64,000 nucleotides of DNA. Origin: Paramoeba atlantica. Taxonomy: Eukaryota > Protista > Discosea. Below the pieces are notes generated by a model, which saw only the letters and a program-made list of their open reading frames with translations, did not search any database and was not told the origin of the DNA. Below are positions 10,583 through 21,109 of the stretch, piece after piece. The translations under genes and the position numbers were made by a program. The stretch spans positions 186,001 through 250,000 of the forward strand of contig CDRNVI010000003.1 in assembly GCA_977017575.1 (NCBI GenBank). Reading direction: 5' to 3'. Position 1 is the first letter of the stretch; each line of letters opens with the position of its first letter.

Positions 10583-11707
10583 CTAACATTCCACATCTTT
10601 TTTTAATGTGGGAACATAGATATCCCACGCATTCTCTAATGAATATGACGAAAATAGGACAAAAAAATACCTAAATAGATAAAATTGAGAGCCGTGCATT
10701 TTCATTGGCAAAAGGAAATTTCGAGGGTTACAAAGCAGTTCAACAGGATTTCGACATATGAAACACACTGTAGGCAATTTAGGTCCGTCCCTTGAAGCCT
10801 CCAGGTTTCTAGAAGTACTGCGTTGAACCCTGCGACTACCCCAAAGCTTGTAAAGAACGTGAAGTAGACTAGTTCCACTGGTGTGGAATATGCTTCGAAA
10901 ATGATTACTGCAACGTAAAATTAGATGCGTCCAAAGCCATCCACTGTATTTTGGAAGGACTGAATTCGTGCGCAATAAAAATATAGACGTTGGCTGAACC
11001 GACGATTGACTTAACTGAACACTCGAGCCATATTGCCTCCACCAGTGAACTACCCCTTTGTGAGTATCAATATGGTTTCGGTGACCCGAAACGCCAAAAT
11101 CATCGAATGTAAACATTGCATGAAGCTTTTGCGCAATCTTTAGCTTACTTCTTCTTTTCTTGGAGAAAAATGGAGAAAAACGTCCCCATTTTGTAAATAT
11201 TGAAGTGGCCCTGTTATCGAGAAATCCCCATTTAATCAAAGCCTCATTGATATGAAAAGCCACAATCGATGGTGGCCATGTGGTTGTCATGCCATCAGGT
11301 AAGCGGTCGTCATCGACTAGGTATACTCGACTCTTTGGAACATCAAACTGGACCGCTGAAGCGAAAAGCTCGTTCCTTCGAACATTACCGAGTCCCCCAC
11401 AGTTACCTTTAGAGAGACATATCCAATAAATTTCTGCGTTCTTTTGGCGCAAATCATAGAGTGTAGGTGTCATGAACATGGCCTCGTCATCGGGATGAGA
11501 GAAAATAAAGAGAACGCGTAGCGGGGGATGGGGAAACACCGCCTTCCCGCCATGGTCTTCTAGAATCGAGTCATTTACGTGATAAGCTGTTCTAGTTGCA
11601 TAGTACCAGCGCAAAAGAAATGAACACAAGAAAAGCAAGGCAATAGTGTAAGGAACAAGGGTTCGAAAGAATAGGGACCAGTTAAAAAACGAAGTAAAGC
11701 GAAGCAT
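10583..11707 (-). CDS. PIGL: GlcNAc-PI de-N-acetylase (PIG-L/GPI12)
   Basis: N-terminal TM; HPDDEAMF and TFDDFGVSGHRNH metal-binding motifs. Confidence 0.92.
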   Translation of the reverse strand: MLRFTSFFNWSLFFRTLVPYTIALLFLCSFLLRWYYATRTAYHVNDSILEDHGGKAVFPHPPLRVLFIFSHPDDEAMFMTPTLYDLRQKNAEIYWICLSKGNCGGLGNVRRNELFASAVQFDVPKSRVYLVDDDRLPDGMTTTWPPSIVAFHINEALIKWGFLDNRATSIFTKWGRFSPFFSKKRRSKLKIAQKLHAMFTFDDFGVSGHRNHIDTHKGVVHWWRQYGSSVQLSQSSVQPTSIFLLRTNSVLPKYSGWLWTHLILRCSNHFRSIFHTSGTSLLHVLYKLWGSRRVQRSTSRNLEASRDGPKLPTVCFICRNPVELLCNPRNFLLPMKMHGSQFYLFRYFFVLFSSYSLENAWDIYVPTLKKDVEC

Positions 11708-11939
11708 TTCTAGACAACGTTGAATTTCGGACGTTCATTCTTTTTAAAATAGAATAACTCTAGGAAAGCAAATTATGAAAGCAAATTGATGCAACAGTAA
11801 GATGCCGAATAACTACGCAATGATCAAGTGATACGTATTTACAGCATTCGGGTGAAAACCATCAATACCTAAAACTTGAAAACCGACCCGAACCCCTATC
11901 ACCTATCTACACTTCTTTCCCTTCATCCGACTCTTTTTC

Positions 11940-12890
11940 TCACAACTTCCCCAACTGATACCTCTCGTGATGTTTCTTCCGCTCCTTCCACTCCTGTGAG
12001 AGCCGTAGCCACACCAAATTCCCCCGTGTACTCTCCTTCGAACGCGGCGTATACACTGCACGACCAAACTGCCAGTCATGTAAAAACAACTTTTCCCATT
12101 CCTGTTCCAGTTTCCCCCGGGTCGGCTGCGGGAGTGCAAACTGAAACCCAAACTTGGGCTGTACGGGATAGTTAGCAATAAACTCTTCCACCGCCTGGGG
12201 AACCATCAGATTCTCCGGTTCACGAAACACCTCCAGCACACTCTCCACATGCTTAATCAGTGTCGCGGTGGAACGAATCGCCTTCCGATCCACCGAGGAC
12301 ACCGGCAGCCGGAGATCCTCCTCTAACACACGCCGCAGCACCCTATCCCGCAACGTGGGCTCCTGTAACACAAAACTCTCCACCACGGCCATCTCAGGGA
12401 GCTCCGTCAGGGGTTTACCCTCGTAATCCACCTCCCGCATGTCGTACCCATCCTTTACAATCTCCTCATGGAGAATACGCTGCAGTTGGCGTAACAAGTA
12501 GGGCCGAATCTCTCCCCGCGGGATTTGCAGGACCCGTCGCGCGTGGGTCTCCTCCCAGGCGCGCGGCCACGCGGCCCGGCCCCGGGGCGTCGCGGGGGCC
12601 CACCCCTCGGGGGGGAGGTCGGGGAGCAGCAGACGCTGGTGGTGCCACCACTTCATCCCCTCCCCGGTCTGGGCCTTGGTGTGCAACACGCTCTCGGGGT
12701 TGAACCGCACGGTCTGGGGCGCGGGACGGGCGCTGGGCTTTTGTTCGTATTTGGAGTACCCCGCGGCGTCGCGGACGAAACGCTCGAGGCTGCGGTACTT
12801 GGCGTGGGTGGGGCGCCACCACATGCCGCGGGAGGCGGTGGCTTTGTGGTGGCAGGGGTGGGCGCGGGGGAGGGGGGAGGGGTGGAGCAT
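11940..12890 (-). CDS. Probable mitochondrial protein (possibly mitoribosome-associated)
   Basis: 316 aa, Arg/Trp-rich N-terminus, coding-strand ORF; function not pinned down. Confidence 0.55.
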   Translation of the reverse strand: MLHPSPLPRAHPCHHKATASRGMWWRPTHAKYRSLERFVRDAAGYSKYEQKPSARPAPQTVRFNPESVLHTKAQTGEGMKWWHHQRLLLPDLPPEGWAPATPRGRAAWPRAWEETHARRVLQIPRGEIRPYLLRQLQRILHEEIVKDGYDMREVDYEGKPLTELPEMAVVESFVLQEPTLRDRVLRRVLEEDLRLPVSSVDRKAIRSTATLIKHVESVLEVFREPENLMVPQAVEEFIANYPVQPKFGFQFALPQPTRGKLEQEWEKLFLHDWQFGRAVYTPRSKESTRGNLVWLRLSQEWKERKKHHERYQLGKL

Positions 12891-14046
12891 GGGAGGGGGA
12901 GAGGAGGGGAAAAGGAATGGTTTTGGGGGATGTAGTGTAGGTTGTTTCGTGGTAAAGTTTTAAGTTCGTTTTAGAAAACATGTTGAGTGTGTGAATGTGT
13001 TGAATTGTTGAGGGAAAATGATATACAAGACCTACCGTAGACCCCATAGTAAGAGAATAGGTTTTGGACCAAAATGGTTGAATTTCTCTTCCTGAGGGGG
13101 AGTGCTTCTCACTGGGGATGGAAAACCTGGAACATTGATCCCGGCGTGGACTTTTGTCCAGACTATGCAATTGTAAGCAACTTTTCGAAAACGAACTGTA
13201 AGTTTTTGAAAATGCGCCACATGATTTGTTTCCATGTTTTATGTGGTTTCTCTTTTCTATACCCAACGGTCTCAGGGATCCGGGCACCCAAGGGTGTCCG
13301 GACGACCACAAGGCCTGCAGAACTCGGTTTGTCACCCTGTTTATGACATCTTTTGCGCATGAGTGCATTGATTTTCTGCCTAGCCGATCCATTTCAAGCT
13401 CAGCTATCCCCGCCCGACAAACCACCCACACCCCTCCCGGCCATCCTCACCCATCCAACCACCCCTGTTCTCTCAGCCTGCCCAGCCAGCCAGCCTCCTG
13501 AGTCAAATCTCTCATACTGGGGGTCAGCCGAAAAAGAGACTAATCACTGTTACTGGGGGGTAAAGCATTTTTTTTGAATTGAGTGTGATGTGCTGTATAA
13601 GGCACTCGATCGGCTATCTGACAAGCCTGAGCAATGGTAGATTCACCACGGTAACTATGGTGTATCCCATGCGCGCACGAATACCTGATGACTCTTTCTG
13701 AACCAAACGCATCACTTGAACTAACCCGTCCTTGACACTCAGATATCAGATAAATCTTCACATATTTTATGAGATTAATGTCTTGTCTGGATTTCCCCTG
13801 AGTGGATTATCGCTCCACCTGACCACAATGTTCTGATATCTGCCGATCGAGAATTTATTTCAAAGTGGAGGTAGTTTAGCACAGCTGCATTCCTTCGACT
13901 TCGAGTCGTATATAGCAGGAACGAATGATGAAGATTGACAGCATACGATAGGCCGAGAACTTTTCTCATATCGATATGTATGAAACTGCGAAGTATCGAT
14001 ATTTTGTATCTAGAAAAGTTATATAGTCGTTTTCCCTTGCGTGAAG

Positions 14047-15300
14047 TTATACACAACGTGAGTGTACTAGAGAGGGACCGTGCTCCGCGTACTCTGCGGG
14101 TGTGATGTAGAGACTGGGAATCGCGTGTGAACTCACAATAGAGAGTCCCACAAAAGGAAGCAGCTGATTTTCAACAGGTATCCGGCACAAATGGCTCGGG
14201 AAGGAAACGGACACATTACGTAGCATACACTCTTGAAGGACACGCTCGTACATGTGAGGGATACTTGCACACCCTCCCGTGAGCACAAGGTCGCTGTATC
14301 CATCGCAATCGAGAGAGCGAACTACATTGTGGATCACATCGGTTAAACGTTGCCCCGCACTGTAGTTTCTTCCTGGTACCCGATTTAGGTCAAAATACAG
14401 CTCGGGAAGTGCTTTTTTCCATTTTTCGTCTACGCTTGAAAACGTATCTGACAAGCCAACTTCTGAGACAGAGGTCTCTTTGACAGGGATATTTATCTCA
14501 GCACCATCGGGTAGGACGCTTGTAAGGGACAGCGCTTGCTTCGGTATTTTTATTTGGCAAACCGAGTGATCCAGTGGGGTTATTCGCAACTTGGTCTTCA
14601 TGTAGTGGTAATTCTCACGAAATTCGTGATAAGGGTCTGCTTGGAGTCCTTTCTTGGACAACATGTCAGCTTTTTCATTATCCATCCCTTGTTTGTTCAA
14701 CTTGCCTTGTTTTGTGCCGTTAAATTCACAGAGAGCCTCTGAAAGCTCTAGTCCAGTCACGGGACAAGACCCCCATGTCTTTGTCGATGGTACGCCCTGG
14801 CGAACGGCACATACTGTACTTTGCGTGTGTCCCAGATCCACTACAATACCCGACTCAAGTCCTACGGCAAAAAGAGACATTGTTGCTGCGTTACACAAAA
14901 GAACTCCGGGGGGTGAGGCCTCGTTGGAGGAACGTAATACAGCATCAAGAAACGGGACATACCCCTCCATAAGCTCTTCTAAGATATTTTCTCTGCGTAC
15001 CGAGAGGGACAGCGTGCTCTTTTCTGTAGGGTAAAATGACTCACAGAGTGCCACACGAGCGGGGACTTGAGGGACATTGTCTTGATGAGACTTGCTGGAT
15101 GAGTTATTGACACGTGAAACCTCCCCCGCTGCGAGGACACTGCTTTGTAGGTGAGGGGCCTCCTCACGGAGCACGGACAAAAAGGGTTCGTCTAAGGGTC
15201 TGCCGGGACGAATGTCGAAAATGCGGGGAGTGAGATCACCGGACAAGCCCAAGGCCGTGTGTGTACGTCCAAGGGAAGCAATAGCGGACGAGACGCTCAT
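14047..15300 (-). CDS. Divergent actin-like / actin-related protein
   Basis: SLFAVGLESGIVVDLGHTQSTVCAV, DLVLTGGCASIPHMYERV, and YITPAEYAEHGPSLVHSRC at the C-terminus. Confidence 0.85.
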   Translation of the reverse strand: MSVSSAIASLGRTHTALGLSGDLTPRIFDIRPGRPLDEPFLSVLREEAPHLQSSVLAAGEVSRVNNSSSKSHQDNVPQVPARVALCESFYPTEKSTLSLSVRRENILEELMEGYVPFLDAVLRSSNEASPPGVLLCNAATMSLFAVGLESGIVVDLGHTQSTVCAVRQGVPSTKTWGSCPVTGLELSEALCEFNGTKQGKLNKQGMDNEKADMLSKKGLQADPYHEFRENYHYMKTKLRITPLDHSVCQIKIPKQALSLTSVLPDGAEINIPVKETSVSEVGLSDTFSSVDEKWKKALPELYFDLNRVPGRNYSAGQRLTDVIHNVVRSLDCDGYSDLVLTGGCASIPHMYERVLQECMLRNVSVSFPSHLCRIPVENQLLPFVGLSIVSSHAIPSLYITPAEYAEHGPSLVHSRCV

Positions 15301-15608
15301 TTTGACCTTGAAAGACCAAGAGTATCACCTACTTGGTGAAAACTACTTTTCTCATGGAATCTATCAAGACTAGTGCAATATCTTTAGTTTGAAAAAATTC
15401 GCATCCTAAAATATCATGCTCCAATACTGCTGCCCCCTCCCACACTGAAGATGACGCTACTAGAATTACGTTGAACGTGATGTTTTCAGTTAGAATACGT
15501 ATTTGTATACTTGATAGAATGCAACAACATTCTCATAATGCATCCCCTTTGTCTCTGATGTAAATACTCTTTCACGTCCCAAAAATCTGTTGTCCTCGAA
15601 ACGCATAT

Positions 15609-17834
15609 TTAAGATGCAAGTCCTATCGTTTTCCCCAAAGAATTATATGTTAAGTGAAAGGGATGAGACCGTACAAATCGTATAAAATGTTTATAGCGCG
15701 CGTCAATCGCTGCCGCGGTGTCCAGAGAAAGCCTGGCGCGGACGTACGTGAAATGAAGCTCATGCCCTCGTGTGTGAATCAGGTTAATAATAAATTCCAC
15801 AACCGCTGCTTCTTGCTCCGGGGTTAGCAGAGCCACCTCAGGGGGAGGTGCAGCTTGTGGCACAGAAGGGGGATCCGCAGGGGCCTGTGGACTCGACATT
15901 GCCATAGTTTCTATGTGATTGTTATTATTGTTAGTTGCTACCGACGTCATCGCCTTGGTTGCCGTCTCCGTGGAGGCATGAACGGAGGGTTCCGGGTGAA
16001 TCGACGGGTCTACGCCTTGGTGAGAGGGGGGATAGGGTGGTACCGCTTCAGAGGGTTTTACGCGTCGTATGACAACTTTTTCTCCCATTCCACTGAAATC
16101 TGTAGTCTTGCACGAAAACAGCTCGGGATATGACGCAAAGAACCGATCGAACGTGGGGTGCTTTCCTTTGGCGTTGAAAAAAAAGGTGTTTGCCGTTGAC
16201 GCATCAAAGCGTCGCTCTAGATCAGCCATAAACTCATCCGTGGTGAGACCCTCTGCGGAGTTCTCTGGTAACACTTGCAACGCGAGGTGACATAATTCCT
16301 CCGGAGTTCGTCGTTCGAGGTGGGCCCGGGCGCTCTTGCAGTAGTACGGGACCCGCTCGCTGAGGATGAGTAGGGGGTCTAGGTGCGGACGTCCCATGAT
16401 GGCAAAGAGCTCTTTTTTGGTTTGTTCCTGGGACGCATCGTTGAGAATTTCTTCAAAGGCCTTCTCGGCCTCCTGCGTGTTCGTCGCTTGTAGGGGTTGC
16501 AGTAAGGGATATCGCTCTCGGAGACGGCTGCGAAATAGTACGTGGCCTCGCTCATAGTCGTAACTGGTAGCAAACACAGTGGGATAAATGGTCGCAAGCT
16601 CACGGAGATCAAGATGGGTCTCGCGGTGCCGCGATTTTCGTTGCAATAAAGGCGATAATGATGGAAACACGTGATCAACATACACACGTTCGGGAAGAAG
16701 CGTGGAAGGAAGAGAAAAAGCAAGCTTCAGTACCGATTGAATATCGAAAGGACACACTTCCTCACCATATTCCACAACGCACGGTGCTGGATACACCCTT
16801 CCCGGGTACCGGCGTACATAGATTTGTGAAAGGTCATCTTTACGTCTGCCAAATTGTATCTCATCAAATAGTGCATCGTGAGCTCTACAATGACCCACAG
16901 CTTCCACGAAAGCATGAAGTTCACGTTGAATCTTTTGGGATGATGAGCTTTTGCTTGCTTTCCACATGGCATTCCAGGAAATCCAATACTCTGGACAAAT
17001 GAAATAAAATTTTCTCCGCAATTCCACCCCAGCTAGGACATTTTGATATGATCCAATATGGAGACCGTATTGAATAGAGAACTCTGCAAAAGCTTTATTT
17101 GCAACGTAATAGGTACAGCGTTCTACTTGTAGCGCACATGAAGTCGACTTTTTGTCGTCAACATTCTCCACATCCTTATTCTCCATACCATCGAACTCTT
17201 CTTCAACATCAACATTGAATTTCCCATCTTCTTCTTCAACATTTTCGGCATTGGAATCCTCGATCCGTGCAGCTTTAGATTTCTTCAATTCCTCTTTGTG
17301 ACTCTGGAACGCTTGCTCGATGGAAATACCGTCAAGAGAAGTCCATGGTTTGGTCGTTCCTGGTATCGTAGTACCAACAACAAATTCTTGAATCAATTCT
17401 TCACTGGTCAATAAGATATCTCGCAGCTGATGCACATCGATAGAACAGGACATGAGTAAGACCAATTGTTTTAGACTCACCCAACCTGCTCCGTTCAAAT
17501 ATTTGTAAAGCCTCTCTTTAAACGCGGCAAATTGATTCGCTTCCTTCAGGTTAAAACGTGTACCGGTCACGACCTGCGCCCGATTGCTCTCCAATTTAAA
17601 ACATTCCGGATATAACGCCATAAGCGATGCTAGGGAAGCATGGTTGGTCTTAACAAACTCCATAATTTTCTCTGGAAGAAGAATTTCAATGGCGGTAGTA
17701 AGTTGAGGATGTGGCGGTTTTCGTAAAACACCGGCCACTTTTGCTACGGCAATAGTTCGATTCATGGTCTCATAGTTGATTTCCGTCCACAATGACCGCC
17801 GCACGCAAAACAAATACTTACATGACCGAAACAT
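15609..17834 (-). CDS. Hypothetical, probably mitochondrial, with repeated winged-helix-like motifs
   Basis: Presequence-like MFRSCKYLFCVRRSL; four motifs LASLMALYPECF, LRELATIYPTVF, FDRFFASYPELF, FIRFVRSHPFHL. Confidence 0.6.
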   Translation of the reverse strand: MFRSCKYLFCVRRSLWTEINYETMNRTIAVAKVAGVLRKPPHPQLTTAIEILLPEKIMEFVKTNHASLASLMALYPECFKLESNRAQVVTGTRFNLKEANQFAAFKERLYKYLNGAGWVSLKQLVLLMSCSIDVHQLRDILLTSEELIQEFVVGTTIPGTTKPWTSLDGISIEQAFQSHKEELKKSKAARIEDSNAENVEEEDGKFNVDVEEEFDGMENKDVENVDDKKSTSCALQVERCTYYVANKAFAEFSIQYGLHIGSYQNVLAGVELRRKFYFICPEYWISWNAMWKASKSSSSQKIQRELHAFVEAVGHCRAHDALFDEIQFGRRKDDLSQIYVRRYPGRVYPAPCVVEYGEEVCPFDIQSVLKLAFSLPSTLLPERVYVDHVFPSLSPLLQRKSRHRETHLDLRELATIYPTVFATSYDYERGHVLFRSRLRERYPLLQPLQATNTQEAEKAFEEILNDASQEQTKKELFAIMGRPHLDPLLILSERVPYYCKSARAHLERRTPEELCHLALQVLPENSAEGLTTDEFMADLERRFDASTANTFFFNAKGKHPTFDRFFASYPELFSCKTTDFSGMGEKVVIRRVKPSEAVPPYPPSHQGVDPSIHPEPSVHASTETATKAMTSVATNNNNNHIETMAMSSPQAPADPPSVPQAAPPPEVALLTPEQEAAVVEFIINLIHTRGHELHFTYVRARLSLDTAAAIDARYKHFIRFVRSHPFHLTYNSLGKTIGLAS

Positions 17835-18151
17835 TCCTTCTTAAGAATATTGATAAAAAGCGCGCATCACGTACATTTAGCATAACGTTTCCATTGTGAA
17901 CACTGGACCAGTCCTTCGATCCAGCGATATAGTACATGTACTTACAGGTAAAAATATTTGTTTTGGGAACATTCTTGGAAACACTTTAACAAATCTGGTT
18001 CCATCGTCGTTTGGGCAAACACCTAAAGGATTTTCAACGAATGCATACCTTAAGTTCAAGGTACATGCGATCGAATCAAAAATATAAAAAAGAAAGAACT
18101 TTTATGTGCCATCTAAACAAGGCTTATTTTGAAATGGTGACCTTATCAAGT

Positions 18152-19339
18152 TCATTTGATGCAATATTTTTGTTTTTGATCGATATGCGCATTCATCAAA
18201 CTTGGTGAATATAGATTGTCAAAAAAACCTTTCTGTGCCACAGGAACAGTGCCTATTTCGAAATGACGACTCCGCCATGCTCGTTCAATGCTACTCACGT
18301 ATTCTTGTGCTGATACGTGGAAGACATACATTGGCATCACTTCCACAATATGCCGAGCAAGAGAATGATAAAACAGAGTCAATTTCGGGAACGTATTGCA
18401 TGTGAGGGTTTGGCTCTCAAGTGGACTCACACGATAACGCTGCGAGCTAGAAACCGAGGCGGGCGTGCAAGAAAACAAGTTATTGTAATTGTATAAAAGG
18501 TAAATATCACCATAAATGCAGCGAATCACCGCTGCACGGTTTTGCGCAAGTTGATTTCGCGCTCGAGTGAGTGTTGCTGAGGATTGGGTTGAGTCGTATT
18601 CTGGATTCTGGGCATTGGATCTGGGATGAATTCTTTTAGGAGTTGAACTACTTATTCCGTACATCATTTTGGCCTCTGTGGATAAGCTTTGATTCTCGAG
18701 AATGCTGCGATAAGCAGCTTCGACATTGATTTTGCTTAACTCCTTGAACATGTTATCAAAAGAGAGGTTTTCGTAAACCTCGTCAAGTTTAACGGCGTGT
18801 ATTGCACGCGTGTGAAGCGCGCTTAAGTAACCCGAATCTGTATGAGAGAATGCTTTGTACATTTCTCTCGCCACACGATACCGTAGCTGGATGGAACCAA
18901 TGTTGTAATTCAGTTCATGCATGTTTCCCACTACAAACCCTCGACTTCGCATGTGGGTCATAAAACGACGTAGAAACGTGCAAAGTCGACATACCCACTC
19001 CTCATCTAATTTTTGATAAGCAGCGTGTAAAGGGACCACGGAGGAGACAGGCACTGAACGCAGCGTATTCCAAGACCGAATTCCGCTTTGACGCATCACG
19101 TTGTCGTAGACGGCTTCCAAACATGAGTGGATGCGCTCACCCTTGTCGTGGGATTGCTGTGTGCCACAAGGCTCATAACACAGAGAACACCAGTTGGGTT
19201 GTGCATACCATATATCACGTAAAATACCCTTTTTAGAGGAGAGCCGAGGGGGAAGGGAGAGTTTGGGAGGAATCGGGGTTGTAAAGCTTTGCGAGACCAT
19301 AAAGCCTTGGTGTAGTACCTTGTGAGACCATGTTTTCAT
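18152..19339 (-). CDS. KREPB-like editosome protein (U1-type Zn finger plus degenerate RNase III domain)
   Basis: WCSLCYEPC..SH..IH Zn finger; ELNYNIGSIQLRYRVAREMYKAFSHTDSGYLS aligns by eye to RNase III ERLEFLGD..FP..EG.LS; AAVIRCIYGDIY aligns to ADxxEALIGAI. Confidence 0.6.
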   Translation of the reverse strand: MKTWSHKVLHQGFMVSQSFTTPIPPKLSLPPRLSSKKGILRDIWYAQPNWCSLCYEPCGTQQSHDKGERIHSCLEAVYDNVMRQSGIRSWNTLRSVPVSSVVPLHAAYQKLDEEWVCRLCTFLRRFMTHMRSRGFVVGNMHELNYNIGSIQLRYRVAREMYKAFSHTDSGYLSALHTRAIHAVKLDEVYENLSFDNMFKELSKINVEAAYRSILENQSLSTEAKMMYGISSSTPKRIHPRSNAQNPEYDSTQSSATLTRARNQLAQNRAAVIRCIYGDIYLLYNYNNLFSCTPASVSSSQRYRVSPLESQTLTCNTFPKLTLFYHSLARHIVEVMPMYVFHVSAQEYVSSIERAWRSRHFEIGTVPVAQKGFFDNLYSPSLMNAHIDQKQKYCIK

Positions 19340-19664
19340 GGGGTTGGAAATGTCAAAGTGAGTAGTGTGATTGGCTGCATTTAAAAGTACAGGAGAGGCG
19401 ATTCATACAGACATGTGGCAAATAGTGAACTTCTAGGACGAAAAAGTATTGAAAAATAAGTGGTGTCGTATAAGACATGTACATAACACAAGCATATACA
19501 GAAACTAGGGTATGGCGTACACACTCGATGTTCATAACCCCTCTGTTATACAGGGGGGGGGGCACGAAAACTGTTACACCTGCCATATAAGGAGTGTCAT
19601 ACATGTATGTATGGCTCTAAACTGCTGTAGATGCAAACAAACTAGAAATATAGTGGTTAATGGG

Positions 19665-20558
19665 CTAATAGAATTCAACTGTCCTCATGTCTGCTCCAGG
19701 AATAAAACTATCAAAGAGATTGCAGCCTAGCGACAGTCTTCCACAATTTACAACAGGGCACGTGATAGGTGAAAGATCGATGCATCCGCAAAACATGTTG
19801 TTGTTTAAATACAAGTAATTTAATTTCGGATTTAACCGACTCAAATCCGGAGTCCCAACAAAATGGTTGAAACTAACATCCAACCAATGTAGAGAATTCG
19901 GAAGATGAAGGAAGTCAAGTTCTCCACATAACTGATTGTGAGAGACTGCAAGTGTGCACATCTTTTCGGGAAGAAGCGCTAGATCAATCTTTTGGGTGAA
20001 CTCATTTGACTGAAGCCAAAACTCCTGCAGAGAACAAGGGAGTGTCGTGACATCTAGTGATCCGGAAAATTTGTTTGTTCGCAGCGAGAGCTTTCGTAAT
20101 TCACCGGGAAGGGAATGAAGAGCAACACTACCGTAAAACCCATTTGCGTTCAGATAGATCTCTTCTAGCCTGGGAGGGAGCGCATCAAATGGGACGGTGC
20201 CGTAAAAATAATTGCGAGAAAGTTGGAGCATAGTAAGTTGTCCAGGAATGTAGGACCATGTAAGGTTACCTCCTAAGTTCAAACCAGCAAAGAGTAATTG
20301 GGTAATATCCAACGAAGAGCTACATCGTACTCCATACCAAGAACACACAGGCATACTAGAATCCCAAAGATTATGTGGTTTGTGTACCTTTGATAAAAAG
20401 TTTTCGAACTGCATCTCCGGGGACGCGAGCAAAGGACTTACTTTGGAAAGACGAGGACGTCTCTGCTTGACCTCTGACGGTGCGTCGTCGTGAAAATGAG
20501 CCACGTAGATTCGTTGCATCGCGGAATGGTCAATTCCAAACATATTCTTGTATTCCAA
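19665..20558 (-). CDS. Leucine-rich repeat protein
   Basis: CSWYGVRC cap and about 9 LRRs; start possibly at 20519. Confidence 0.88.
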   Translation of the reverse strand: MEYKNMFGIDHSAMQRIYVAHFHDDAPSEVKQRRPRLSKVSPLLASPEMQFENFLSKVHKPHNLWDSSMPVCSWYGVRCSSSLDITQLLFAGLNLGGNLTWSYIPGQLTMLQLSRNYFYGTVPFDALPPRLEEIYLNANGFYGSVALHSLPGELRKLSLRTNKFSGSLDVTTLPCSLQEFWLQSNEFTQKIDLALLPEKMCTLAVSHNQLCGELDFLHLPNSLHWLDVSFNHFVGTPDLSRLNPKLNYLYLNNNMFCGCIDLSPITCPVVNCGRLSLGCNLFDSFIPGADMRTVEFY

Positions 20559-21109
20559 AAATAGAAATCAAAATAAGATACAATGAATGGTATAGTGTAG
20601 TAGTCTGTACTATAGTGCCACAGCAACAGATAACCATGAAAAAATCTAAAACTCTTTAACTAAAATTCATATTCCCATTTTTATGGGGCCATATTTCCCA
20701 TTTTTATCGGGTATCTCTGGATACATACTGTATTTAATCCCTGTATATTTCACTAAATTTGCATTTGCAAAACAAATCTCTATAAGAGCGTGTTCCTCTT
20801 TACTGCACTCTGGATGTGGACAAAGGTCTATCAAAAATCATTTCTAGATTTGTGTATGAAGGGTCTGCATAAATAGGAAGAAAAATATCCTCTAAAACCA
20901 TGAAGTAGTATACACCAGCAGTAGTAAATGGCAAATCTAAAAACCACGTAAGGTACCTAAACCATGCAAATAAAGAAAACAAAATTCGCTATTTTCGACG
21001 TATCATTCGACTTACGTGTTCTCTATGCCTAATTGGAAAGACACTTCAAACAACCTAGAATACTAAGCTTAAAAATTCCCCATATTACTTATTGCGCACA
21101 AGCCTTAAA

